Shown: positions 9,639-18,379, counted from the stretch's first letter. The stretch: DNA of 32,000 bases from Comamonadaceae bacterium (GCA_021299875.1 JAJTEW010000005.1:161370-193369); one strand, 5' to 3'. Notes: generated by a model not told the origin, from the letters alone. Made by a program: numbers and translations.

Positions 9639-10478
9639 ATGAAATTTGGTCTCACTGCATTTTTTTCTGTCATGACTTGCCTGTCCTCGGCTTGGGCGCA
9701 AGCAATTCCACCGCATGCTGAGGGCTTGAATGAGGAATTGGTGGAAGTACAGATCGATGGTGGCACACAGCGTGCTGTTGTTTCGCGTCTCCAGGGTAAG
9801 CCTGATGGATCGAAGTTGTTGGTGCTGCTTCCTGGATATCCTTCGGTTGTGCGTCCAGAATTGAGCAACGGGATCATGACGAATAGCCCGTTGCTGGGTA
9901 ATTTTCTGATTCGAGCACGCAGGCATCTCGTGACCGAACACGTCATGACTTTGTTGGTGGACTGTCACAGCCAGATGGGTGATGTGTGCAGGCCCGAATA
10001 TCAAAGTTCAAAAGAGCGCTACAAACATGTCAAAGCTGTCATCGATGCCGCCAGAGCCAAGCATCCTGCCGTCAAGGAGGTGTACCTGATCTCTACGAGC
10101 ATGGGCTCGATTTCTTCCGCGTTCATCGCCCTCAACGGTCAGACAGAGTTTGCTGGCGTTATTCATACCGCCTCCATCGATCCAACGGCCCCCAGGTCTT
10201 ACGTTCAACTCAATAACTTTGATTACGCTGCCATCAAGATTCCACAAGCATTCATTCACCATGTGGAAGACCCCTGCCCCGTCACTCAATTTGCTTACTT
10301 CCGAACAGTCGCTCAGAAGTACAAAGTGCCTTTGATTTCGGTGACGGGGGGCGGTGATTTTCGGGGTCCGCCTTGTCAAGCTTTTACCCAGCATGGGTTC
10401 AGGGGGAAAGAGCTTGTGGTGATGAGGCACGTACTGAAAATGCTGAGCACGTCACCATGGGTGTCTGAGGAAATCTGA
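9639..10478 (+). CDS. Secreted alpha/beta-hydrolase-fold protein (putative)
   Basis: The likely start is MKFGLTAFFSVMTCLSSAWAQA (signal peptide) inside the longer ORF 9246-10478. It has an S-x-S-x-G nucleophile-elbow candidate (YLISTSMGSISS) and late His/Asp candidates. The function is not recognised beyond the fold. Confidence 0.55.
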   Translation: MKFGLTAFFSVMTCLSSAWAQAIPPHAEGLNEELVEVQIDGGTQRAVVSRLQGKPDGSKLLVLLPGYPSVVRPELSNGIMTNSPLLGNFLIRARRHLVTEHVMTLLVDCHSQMGDVCRPEYQSSKERYKHVKAVIDAARAKHPAVKEVYLISTSMGSISSAFIALNGQTEFAGVIHTASIDPTAPRSYVQLNNFDYAAIKIPQAFIHHVEDPCPVTQFAYFRTVAQKYKVPLISVTGGGDFRGPPCQAFTQHGFRGKELVVMRHVLKMLSTSPWVSEEI

Positions 10479-10532
10479 ACCGTTGAATAAAACCAAACAG
10501 TTCTGACGGGTGTTGCTCTTTGACCATGAGCC

Positions 10533-10568
10533 GTGTTTGGGGGTTCAGTGGGTTCATGAGTGATGGTG
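10533..10568 (-). pseudogene. Fragment (leader plus codons 1-6, MNPLNP) of the Trp-rich gene
   Basis: ggggttcagtgggttcatgagtgatggtgc matches 12408-12437 (ggggttcagtgggttcatgcgtgatggcgc). Homology stops after about codon 6-8. Confidence 0.5.
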
Positions 10569-10788
10569 CTGAAGTTTCGATCTGGACTGTTTCGGCAGGG
10601 GAGGTCGGCAACATGGTTTTTGCCACTCGCTACGACAGCTATGAAGCCTATGGCAAATGCATGGATGCGGTGTATGCAGACCCTGCATTTCAAGCATGAC
10701 AAGTCAAAGGAACTGCCAGCGGTTTGAGCAGTTGGGTTCGCAGTAACTTGGCACGCCAATTACCGATTTGAAACGCAGGCCAATCATA

Positions 10789-10820
10789 GCTGTGTAGCTT
10801 GTTCGTTCACGCTACACAGC
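10789..10820 (+). terminator. Perfect 10-bp stem hairpin, possible terminator
   Basis: gctgtgtagc (10789-10798) and gctacacagc (10811-10820) flank a 12-nt loop. The T-run (cttttc) starts only about 5 nt after the stem, so this is not a textbook intrinsic terminator. Confidence 0.35.
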
Positions 10821-10937
10821 CAAGCTTTTCAGGGCATGCTGGCAGCACCAAGCGATTGAGGCCATCGTTTGAGACGTGTGGCGTGGCCAAATGGCAATGA
10901 TGAAAGAAGAGTTCAGCTTCGCCGTGGTCAGCCCGCA

Positions 10938-11018
10938 TCAATCCCAACCCTGCCGCCACATGCGGTCTTCTTGCAGATCACGCCAAGCAATCACCTGCGT
11001 CGCCCTTGAAAATGCAGC
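10938..11018 (-). pseudogene. 3' fragment (last ~27 codons) of the Trp-rich gene (copy Y)
   Basis: The minus-strand reading AAFSRATQVIAWRDLQEDRMWRQGWD* aligns with the C-terminus of the 12202-12426 copy. Homology ends at about 11018, next to the AT-rich block. Confidence 0.55.
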
Positions 11019-11065
11019 CCTGAACGAATTGACAAAATAAATGATGGTTTGGAGAGTTAGATGCA

Positions 11066-12049
11066 TTATTTAAAAACTTCAATAAGAAAGTTTTTAATGT
11101 AATCATCGGCTATTTTTTCTGCTTGAGGATTTTTCCCGATGGTATAGCCAGGTTTCACGCACTTATCAAAACCGGCTGGTTTTTCCAAGTTGAATGGCGC
11201 CATGACGCCATCATTCCTAATTACCAACCATAAACCCTTATCAGTGAAAATCGTATGACAATCCCTTAGGTTAATTGTCTTTCGAAAAGACAATTGAGAA
11301 TTGACTTCCCAAGCGTGATGTGCATCAGGTATGATCAGGTATTTTGAATAAGAATCTTTTTTATTTAAATTGTTAAATTTCTTTTTACATACTTCCAGGT
11401 CCAAAGATTCATCTTTTTCGCCCACAATAAGAAGAAAGGGGATTTCTGTTAATTTTGGTGTTTCGAAACTGAATTGACACCCGCCATATAAACTAATATT
11501 GGCTGCAAATTTATGGTTTGTTCTTGATATTTTTGAGGTAATATTGTCCAAATTAAGGTAATAAGATGTAACCCCGCCAAATGAAAATCCAATAACTCCA
11601 ATTTTGGACTCATCAATTGCGTTGATGCCTGCAATGTGATTCAATCCCGCTATGGCATCTGCGGCTTGTGCAAATGGTGAGACTTCAAACAACCGTCTTG
11701 CGTGTGGCATCTTCTCGACACCTCTTGACAGGTAGGAATCAATGACCAAGGCATACATGCCAAGTCGATTGAATTTTTCACCATAATTTAATTCTCGGCC
11801 ATCTGAAATTCCACCGCTGCCGTGCAAGACGATCATGGCGGGTGCTTTGGGTGAAATCGGATGATTAGGAACAAATAATTTGCCTTTGACCGTGATTTCG
11901 CGCCACTTCTCTTGAACAACATCTTCGTATTGACGTGGGTTCAATGACCTGAATTCAATTTCTTGAATTTCTTTGGTTGATGCGCTTTGGGCTGCGGAAG
12001 ACCCCGATACAACGAGAAGGGCCAGAGTAAGTAGTATTGGTACTTTCAT
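11066..12049 (-). CDS. Secreted dienelactone-hydrolase-like alpha/beta hydrolase
   Basis: 327 aa with a signal peptide (MKVPILLTLALLVVSGSSAAQS). It has an HGSGG oxyanion-type motif, a G-F-S-F-G-G nucleophile elbow and a late DAHHAW His. The gene is markedly AT-rich compared with its flanks. Confidence 0.7.
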   Translation of the reverse strand: MKVPILLTLALLVVSGSSAAQSASTKEIQEIEFRSLNPRQYEDVVQEKWREITVKGKLFVPNHPISPKAPAMIVLHGSGGISDGRELNYGEKFNRLGMYALVIDSYLSRGVEKMPHARRLFEVSPFAQAADAIAGLNHIAGINAIDESKIGVIGFSFGGVTSYYLNLDNITSKISRTNHKFAANISLYGGCQFSFETPKLTEIPFLLIVGEKDESLDLEVCKKKFNNLNKKDSYSKYLIIPDAHHAWEVNSQLSFRKTINLRDCHTIFTDKGLWLVIRNDGVMAPFNLEKPAGFDKCVKPGYTIGKNPQAEKIADDYIKNFLIEVFK

Positions 12050-12201
12050 TTTTAATGTTATTGTTGATAAAACTTAAATTTATATTCAATTGGCAATTCA
12101 GTCAAGTTTGAAAATTGAAAACATACTGCTTGCTGAGCATGTCCGTTGATCACCTCGAAAGTTGTCGGAACGACACTGTCACGGGGGGACCGTTCAACAG
12201 C

Positions 12202-12426
12202 TCACTGAACCCAACCCTGCCGCCACACGCTGTCGTCCTGCAGTTCACGCCAAGCAATCACCTGCACGGCCTTGGAAAACACCGCTTCGATTTCCACTGA
12301 TTCAATCGGGGCAGTGGGATCGTCAGGTTGAATCACCCGGCTGACCAGAAAGTGCTTTTGCTTGGCCAGAGGCTTGACGGCGGTCCATTTGGTCAGCAGC
12401 AGTTTCTTGGGGTTCAGTGGGTTCAT
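12202..12426 (-). CDS. Small Trp-rich protein (resembles the TIGR02450 Trp-rich family), intact copy Z
   Basis: 74 aa: MNPLNPKKLLLTKWTAVKP..KHFLVS....VEIEAV.SK....IAWRELQDDSVWRQGW. The conserved Trp pattern matches what I recall for TIGR02450. The family assignment is from memory only. Confidence 0.6.
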   Translation of the reverse strand: MNPLNPKKLLLTKWTAVKPLAKQKHFLVSRVIQPDDPTAPIESVEIEAVFSKAVQVIAWRELQDDSVWRQGWVQ

Positions 12427-12709
12427 GCGTGATGGCGCTCAAGGCTTGCTTTGCATTTCCCGCGCCACCGCCTCGGCCAGCTCGATCACCGCCATGGCGT
12501 AGTAGCTGCTCCAGTTTTAAGCGTATTAAAGAGTTCTTGAAACTGTGTTTTTCAACGTGCCACAGCGTGCCAGCCACCGAGCGTAGTAGCCTCATTCACA
12601 GTGGTTCGATCGTGTTCAAGCGTAGCCGATAAACGTCGTTGAAAACGCCATTGCTGACATGTTGGCTGTGCCAATGAGGTCTTCATTCGACTGCCATTGT
12701 GGGTGGTGC

Positions 12710-12885
12710 ATTTGTAGCTAACCTTTCGGTGTGCTACTTTTTATGGGCGGTGAATGGCTCGTGCAGTGGAATCGGAGAATCTTTTTTTGAGAGTCAGCAG
12801 TGGCTGCCTCACGGCAGTGTGTTGAACCGTTTTCGAGCCTGATTGGCAGCGTGCCCCACGCTAAACCGCCAGGTTAGCTACAAAT
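12710..12885. repeat. Perfect 15-bp inverted repeat pair upstream of the integrase gene
   Basis: atttgtagctaacct (12710-12724) and aggttagctacaaat (12871-12885) are separated by 146 bp and lie 45-220 bp upstream of the integrase ORF. They are candidate arm or regulatory sites. Confidence 0.5.
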
Positions 12886-12928
12886 TTCAAATTCAGGTTG
12901 CCCTGACCGCTGGGTCGAAATTACGCTT

Positions 12929-14230
12929 GTGTCTATGCAAGATTTGGAACGGCAGCAGGCAGCAAACGACACCCAATATTTCCCGCCACGGCACCGCACA
13001 TTGCCCATCTTGGCGTCTGTCTCGCCCATTGCTAACTACCCAAGCAAGTTGAGAATATTCAAGACCATGGCCAGCAGGTATTGGCAAGTGCGCTGCTACC
13101 TAAAAGGCAGGACCTACACACAAAGCCTCAAGACCACCAACAAGCAAGCGGCCATCAGTGCGGCCAAGCAGTTCTTTCACATCAAGACAGCTGAGCTGTA
13201 TTCAGATCAAGTGACTGCTCGCGGTGACAAGAGTCCCAAGTTTGCCGACCTGCTGCCAGCAGTCCTTCAAGGCTTGCAAGCCAGGGTCAAGCGAGGCGAG
13301 TTTGCTGCTGCCAATATCCCCATCTTTTTGCAACGGATGCACAACAGTATCCTGCCGTACTTTGGTGATATGACCATGGACAAAATTGGCTACAAAGAGT
13401 TGTCGGCCTTTATGGAGATGATGAGCAATCGGGACTTGACAGCCACAACAGTGCATCAGCACATGGTGGCCATACGCAAGATCTTTGCGCACGCACACGG
13501 CAACAACATCATCCAGAACCTTCCCAAGTTCCCAGTCATCAAAGTCGCAGACAAGCCTCGTGGCAGTTTTACACTGGCCGAATACCGTGACCTAGTGAGT
13601 TTGGCTCGGCAGCGCATTGGCCAACCCGTGCCCCAAGCGTTCTCCAAAAAATACCGCAGCAGCAGTGAGATTCTTGAACGGCATGGCGTGATCAATACAG
13701 ATTTGCATTGGCTCATTCGTTTCATGGTCAATGGCTTCATGCGTCCCGGTGACATCAAATTCTTCAAACACAAACATGTCACCATCGTTCGTGGCAAGCA
13801 CATCTACTTGAGACTGAACTTGCCCGAAACCAAGAAGCACGACAAGCCCATCGTGACCCTGCAGCCCGCGGTGTTTGTTTATGAACGCCTACTGGCCAAG
13901 CAAATTGCAGAAGGCTATGGCGGGCCCAACGACTATGTGTTCTTGCCCGAGTTGGACGACAGGAAATGGCTGTTGGTGGTCTACGGGTGGCAGTTCATGT
14001 ATCTGCAAAGTCTGGCGGGTATAGCTGGCAATGCGGCCAACGGCCAAACCAGAACAATCTACAGCTTGCGGCACACGGCCATGACATTCCGGCTGCTTTA
14101 TGGCGGCAAGATTGACTTGCTGACACTGGCACGCAATGCTCGTACCAGTGTGGAGATGATTGAGCGGTTCTACGCCAGCAACTTGACGGCAGAGATGAAC
14201 ATCGACTTGCTGCAGGGCAAGCGAACCTAG
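12929..14230 (+). CDS. Tyrosine-type site-specific integrase (apparently intact)
   Basis: 433 aa; an alternative start is ATG 13067 (MASRYWQVRCYLKGRTY..). The C-terminal catalytic region reads IYSLRHTAMTFRLLYGG...LARNARTSVEMIERFY, with the R-H box and a candidate catalytic Tyr. Confidence 0.88.
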   Translation: MSMQDLERQQAANDTQYFPPRHRTLPILASVSPIANYPSKLRIFKTMASRYWQVRCYLKGRTYTQSLKTTNKQAAISAAKQFFHIKTAELYSDQVTARGDKSPKFADLLPAVLQGLQARVKRGEFAAANIPIFLQRMHNSILPYFGDMTMDKIGYKELSAFMEMMSNRDLTATTVHQHMVAIRKIFAHAHGNNIIQNLPKFPVIKVADKPRGSFTLAEYRDLVSLARQRIGQPVPQAFSKKYRSSSEILERHGVINTDLHWLIRFMVNGFMRPGDIKFFKHKHVTIVRGKHIYLRLNLPETKKHDKPIVTLQPAVFVYERLLAKQIAEGYGGPNDYVFLPELDDRKWLLVVYGWQFMYLQSLAGIAGNAANGQTRTIYSLRHTAMTFRLLYGGKIDLLTLARNARTSVEMIERFYASNLTAEMNIDLLQGKRT

Positions 14231-14246
14231 GCAGCAGTGCAGACTG

Positions 14247-14267
14247 ATCGTCCAGTAACAAGACGAT
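14247..14267 (+). repeat. 21-bp site S1: ATCGTC CAGTAACAA GACGAT
   Basis: The 6-bp inverted arms are perfect and the 9-nt spacer is asymmetric. The site lies 17 nt after the integrase stop codon. Confidence 0.8.
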
Positions 14268-14402
14268 GTAGATGTTTTTTTACACGACAGTTTTGGTGCA
14301 TGCGCGTAGCAAATGTTGTTGAAAGGGATACTGACTACACATTTTTAGCAAGCTGATAGGCAGCAGTGCCGCGATGATTGAGTGTAAATCCTTTATCATT
14401 AT

Positions 14403-14431
14403 TTGCATATAAAAAATAAAATTGTTAATAC
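14403..14431 (+). promoter_or_regulatory. Possible sigma70-type promoter
   Basis: TTGCAT (14403-14408), a 17-nt spacer, then TAATAC (14426-14431). The ATG at 14445 would leave a very short leader with no clear SD. Confidence 0.3.
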
Positions 14432-14444
14432 TTGGGAATTTAAT

Positions 14445-15149
14445 ATGACTACTGCCACTTTTATGGAAAATTTCAGCAGCGATTTGGTCTCTATCAAAGT
14501 GACTGGAGATGGTGCCAATGTTTGGGCGTACGCGATTGACGCAGAGACCTATGCCCGCATTTCCGAGGACTGTGGCGATGAAGACCCAGTTGATGTGATC
14601 ATGGACGAGTACCAAGTGGGACAGTTGGTTTGCTGGGGTATAGATGAATCCAGCGGTTGCACTGTATCTATGGATGTGGCCGGAAAATCCACTTTATTAA
14701 AAATCGTCCATACCTACGATGGTTATGACATCGATGAAGCAGTTAAGGATCGCAATCTTTCCGCTTCCACACCAATTATTGAGTACAACAGTGACGCGGC
14801 AGAGAGACTTGGCGCTGTTTTCGACCTAAGCGATTTGAGTCATGTTTTTGTGGACTCAATAACCTGGAAAGACATAACTCTGCAGCTTACGTTGCCTGTT
14901 GTGGCTAGAGATTTTGATCAGCGTAAACTTTCGCTACTGGTTTGCGGTATGGACTCTGAAACTGAATTGTCAGCACTCACTTACCAGACCGGCTTATTGA
15001 ATGGCCTGGAAGCCGACATCATTGGCGTCATCTATGACGGCAAAAAATACTTCTTCCAGTCCGAATGTAAGCGTGCTTTTCAGCAACGTCGATACATAGT
15101 TGGTCGCACGGATGATGGCTGGGAAATTGACGAAAAAGTTACAATCTAA
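14445..15149 (+). CDS. Acidic hypothetical protein, 234 aa
   Basis: This is an open frame whose likely start is MTTATFMENF, inside ORF 14403-15149. I recognise no domain. It lies between the inverted sites S1 and S2. Confidence 0.5.
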   Translation: MTTATFMENFSSDLVSIKVTGDGANVWAYAIDAETYARISEDCGDEDPVDVIMDEYQVGQLVCWGIDESSGCTVSMDVAGKSTLLKIVHTYDGYDIDEAVKDRNLSASTPIIEYNSDAAERLGAVFDLSDLSHVFVDSITWKDITLQLTLPVVARDFDQRKLSLLVCGMDSETELSALTYQTGLLNGLEADIIGVIYDGKKYFFQSECKRAFQQRRYIVGRTDDGWEIDEKVTI

Positions 15150-15151
15150 AA

Positions 15152-15240
15152 GTATAGGGAGAGGTCACAATTTAACGGCAATGATTGAGCAGCACTACTC
15201 AAAGTTGACGGCGACGATGGCAGCCGACAGGTTGGCTTAA
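15152..15240 (+). pseudogene. Relic 3' end of a tyrosine integrase gene
   Basis: It reads ..GHNLTAMIEQHYSKLTATMAADRLA*, which parallels ..ARTSVEMIERFYASNLTAEMNIDLL of the intact integrase. No upstream coding part is present. Confidence 0.5.
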
Positions 15241-15260
15241 ACGTCTGGTTACTGGACGAT
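15240..15260 (-). repeat. 21-bp site S2; the plus strand reads AACGTC TGGTTACTG GACGAT, the normalised form is ATCGTC CAGTAACCA GACGTT
   Basis: S2 is inverted relative to S1, and the spacers are identical at 8 of 9 positions. It overlaps the TAA stop of the integrase relic. Confidence 0.75.
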
Positions 15261-15295
15261 ACAATGATCAGATAATTGATTGCATAATTCCATTA

Positions 15296-15361
15296 TTACT
15301 TAAGCAATTCCAAAACAAGTTGAGGTTGCGAATTTGCTTGTGCCAGCATGGCCGTTGCTGC
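15296..15361 (-). other. In-frame continuation of the flagellin reading frame beyond its TGA stop
   Basis: The 21 codons after the TGA at 15362-15364 read AATAMLAQANSQPQLVLELLK then TAA. That is the canonical flagellin extreme C-terminus (compare E. coli FliC ..AQIIQQAGNSVLAKANQVPQQVLSLLQG). Confidence 0.8.
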
Positions 15362-17908
15362 TCATTCGATTATTTGAGCTTTAGCTAAATTTGTGGTTTC
15401 AATTGCATAGTTTGTGTCATTAATTGAGCTACGGGATGATTCCAAATTCATATTTAAATTTATTAAATTATCGCCAATATGTGTTAAGGCATTAATATTT
15501 GAACCTAAAATTGATCGTTGAGAGCCAATATTATTGATTGCGTAATTAATCCTATCAATGGAAAGTTGAGCCAAGCCAGTCGTAATTAGGCTAACACCGT
15601 CAGTAAAACCTTGTGTAATAACCGCGCTTGGTATTGATGGTGCACTGATAGAATCACCAGTAAATAAACTTATATCTGGAGTATTTGTATTTGTGATAAC
15701 GCTAGTAAAAGTTATTTTGTTATCGGTCTCTAATCCAGACCGAAATCCGGACAAGCTGCCTGAATATGCACCACTATTTTGTTGTGGTCCAGTTGTATTG
15801 CCAGAAGTTAAATTTGAATATGCAAGAGCTACTTCAGTCGCATTTAAAGATGATGTGGCCGTAAATTTTAATCCGGAAATCTCCAACGATTGACCTATTT
15901 TCATTGGGGAAAACGTTAAAGTGTTTTTTTCAGTTAGGGCAAGAATGTCTGATATGCCTTGTGTAAAATTAATTAAAGGTAAATTCTGCGGAGATTCTAC
16001 CGCAGTACTACCACTTATCTCGAGATCAGTAACATTTGTATTGGAATTCGTACTTGTAACATTTATTATTGTTTTAAAATATTGATTACCTTGTGCAATA
16101 TATGGAACTTTTATGATTGTACTGGTTGAGAAATCACTTCTAAAAGTTCCGGAATATCTGCCATTTGCAGAGTTTGCAGGTCCAGTTGTGTCAGATGGAG
16201 AAATTCCAGAAAAAGCTGATGCTACTTCATCAGTAGTTAGAGGCTTGTTAGCTGTGAATCTCAGCCCCCCAATTGATAACCATTGCCCTGTGTACATCGC
16301 GGAAAAACTAATTTTAACCTCTTCTGTTGCACCAGTAGGTGATGCACCTTGAGTAATAGTGCTGACAATTGGTTGTGGATTTGCGGTAGTATACGCAGAT
16401 ATTGGTGCTTGCATTAAATAGTTACTGGTAAATTTGACAATTTTACCATTTGCTGGACCAGTCGAAAATGGATCTCCCGATGTGTTGAACGATCCATATA
16501 GAGAACTGTATGCAAAATAATTATTGCTTTCACGATTAGCAAAGATAGTTGCAACTTGATTTGCGTTAAGAGATGTTGATGCTCTAAAGCTTAACCATTT
16601 ATTATTGTTCCAAATAGTAATGGTTTGATTCGGTTGTAAATCCGTAAATTCGATTTCAGCAACTTCAGGATTTCCGGCATATATCGGTGCACCTTGCGTT
16701 GTACTTATTGAGGGTAATTCTAATTCACGCATCCCTTCTCCCCTATTTAAAATTTGAGAACCAGGTCTATGAATACTATTTGTGAAAATCACTGTGTCAC
16801 CGATGGTCGAGCTACTATCATACGACCAAAATAATCCACCGCTAAATGTCCCGTTGTTTGAGGATGGTCCAGGTGTGACGCCTCCATTTATATTCGAAAA
16901 TGCAATGGCTACTTCTTCAGCAGTTAAAAATTTATTTGCAGTAAATCTGAGGTTATCAATTGTAATGGATTGCGATTGTTGCAAAGGGTAGAATTTAATT
17001 TCATTTATTGTTCCTTTACCTTCAACAGCTATATTTCCCTGAACTGTAGCTATATTGGGTAGTACCAATTTATCAACACCATTTGTACTAATTGAAATAT
17101 CCGATACATTTATATTTGAAATTACACTTGATGCAATTAATTCACTGCCATTGGCACTTGCTGTTGAGTAGTTTTTAAGAGTTCCATCGTATTCTCCATA
17201 ACTGCTTCCTTGACCGAACTTTGCCCCAGCCGTCATATTGGAAAAAGCTGAAGCAACTTCATTTTCAGTTATATTTTTACTGGCTGTAAAATTTAATCCG
17301 TTTAATGTTATCGATTGCCCTAGTTGCAAAGATGTAAAATTAATTTTCGCTGACTCAGTTACCCCACCACTATAGCTTTGACCAACACTTCCAACAAGAC
17401 CAATATCAGATAGTCCTATTCCACTTATTGACACTGGAAATTCATGATCTTTATTAGCTCCTATTTGTAATTTTTGATTTATAAAAGATCCATCTAAAAG
17501 TTTTTTTCCATTCCATGTTGTTGATTCTTTTAGACGTAATATTTCTTTTTGAATTTCCATTGCTTCTAAATGTAAATAATAGCGTTGTTCATCACTATAT
17601 GTATCAGTTGAAGCTTGTATTGTGAGTTCTCGCATCCGTTGCAATAAATCAGTTATCGAGCCTAAAGCTGATTCTGCAGTTTTTATCAAACTGATACCGT
17701 CTTGAATGTTACGTATTGCTTGGCTAGACCCTCGAATTTGGCTTGTCATTTTGTTGACAATTGCTAGACCTGCTGCATCATCTTTAGCATTGTTAATTCT
17801 CAAGCCTGTCGAAAGTCGTTGCATTGCTGTTGAAACTTTTGATTGGTTAGACCGCAACGATTCCTGCGCAAGAAGCGCTGAAGTGTTGGTTCTAACAGTC
17901 AATGACAT
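15362..17908 (-). CDS. Giant flagellin-family protein with five tandem central repeat domains, ended prematurely by an in-frame TGA
   Basis: Starting at MSLTVRTNTSALLAQ, the flagellin N domain reads RLSTGLRINNAKDDAAGLAI...IRNIQDGISLIKTAESAL..I..LLQRMRELTIQA. The C domain reads ...SQRSILGSNINAL...L.SSRSSINDTNYAIETTNLAKAQIIE. The centre holds five units of about 115-130 aa, each with L(N/R/K)FTA.K.L...EVA.AFS and each ending in TQG. The gene is strongly AT-rich. Confidence 0.85.
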   Translation of the reverse strand: MSLTVRTNTSALLAQESLRSNQSKVSTAMQRLSTGLRINNAKDDAAGLAIVNKMTSQIRGSSQAIRNIQDGISLIKTAESALGSITDLLQRMRELTIQASTDTYSDEQRYYLHLEAMEIQKEILRLKESTTWNGKKLLDGSFINQKLQIGANKDHEFPVSISGIGLSDIGLVGSVGQSYSGGVTESAKINFTSLQLGQSITLNGLNFTASKNITENEVASAFSNMTAGAKFGQGSSYGEYDGTLKNYSTASANGSELIASSVISNINVSDISISTNGVDKLVLPNIATVQGNIAVEGKGTINEIKFYPLQQSQSITIDNLRFTANKFLTAEEVAIAFSNINGGVTPGPSSNNGTFSGGLFWSYDSSSTIGDTVIFTNSIHRPGSQILNRGEGMRELELPSISTTQGAPIYAGNPEVAEIEFTDLQPNQTITIWNNNKWLSFRASTSLNANQVATIFANRESNNYFAYSSLYGSFNTSGDPFSTGPANGKIVKFTSNYLMQAPISAYTTANPQPIVSTITQGASPTGATEEVKISFSAMYTGQWLSIGGLRFTANKPLTTDEVASAFSGISPSDTTGPANSANGRYSGTFRSDFSTSTIIKVPYIAQGNQYFKTIINVTSTNSNTNVTDLEISGSTAVESPQNLPLINFTQGISDILALTEKNTLTFSPMKIGQSLEISGLKFTATSSLNATEVALAYSNLTSGNTTGPQQNSGAYSGSLSGFRSGLETDNKITFTSVITNTNTPDISLFTGDSISAPSIPSAVITQGFTDGVSLITTGLAQLSIDRINYAINNIGSQRSILGSNINALTHIGDNLINLNMNLESSRSSINDTNYAIETTNLAKAQIIE

Positions 17909-18341
17909 CGGTACTATCTGAACTAAAAGAGTATTAAAGTGCGAAGTGCAACCAAGCTTAGCAAGCACTTTTCATGCCCAAATAATATTTTTGATAAATG
18001 AGTACTTTTTTAATAAAAAATATCGTTAGTATATTTTTTTCCCTATGGGCCGGCAAATTTTTGCCGCTTGATGTCAGCAATCTGTTGAGTACTTGCTTGA
18101 CTAGACCAATGTTAAATACTGAATAAGGATGCATTTACATCCAGTGCTACCCACCCCAGCTTGTGTTCATCATCTCGTTTATGCACGGGAGAGTCCAAAT
18201 GGGGGGATTTCGTCAAGCATTTTCATCCCAGCACTTTTTTCTTTGACATGCTCGACTGGAGTATTTTTCGCGCATGTATTCCATCTTTTTCTGACTGTTC
18301 AGCAAAGCACGGAATTTCTTTTGGGCCACTAGTTGATAGCC

Positions 18342-18362
18342 ATCGTCCATCAACAGGACGAT
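18342..18362 (+). repeat. 21-bp site S3: ATCGTC CATCAACAG GACGAT
   Basis: The arms are perfect. S3 lies 38 bp from S4 in the same orientation, downstream of the minus-strand gene 18392-19267. Confidence 0.7.
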
Positions 18363-18379
18363 CAAGCTCACAACATCAA

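Noticed and set aside
12540-12640. GGTTCGATC string that could be a tRNA T-loop next to the integrase
   Set aside because: I cannot form flanking T-stem or acceptor-stem pairing by eye, so there is no tRNA or tRNA fragment I can support here.
15330-15364. Selenocysteine recoding of the flagellin TGA
   Set aside because: Only a weak 4-bp stem lies downstream and there is no convincing SECIS-like hairpin. The aligned residue in flagellins is Gln. A nonsense mutation or readthrough is more plausible.
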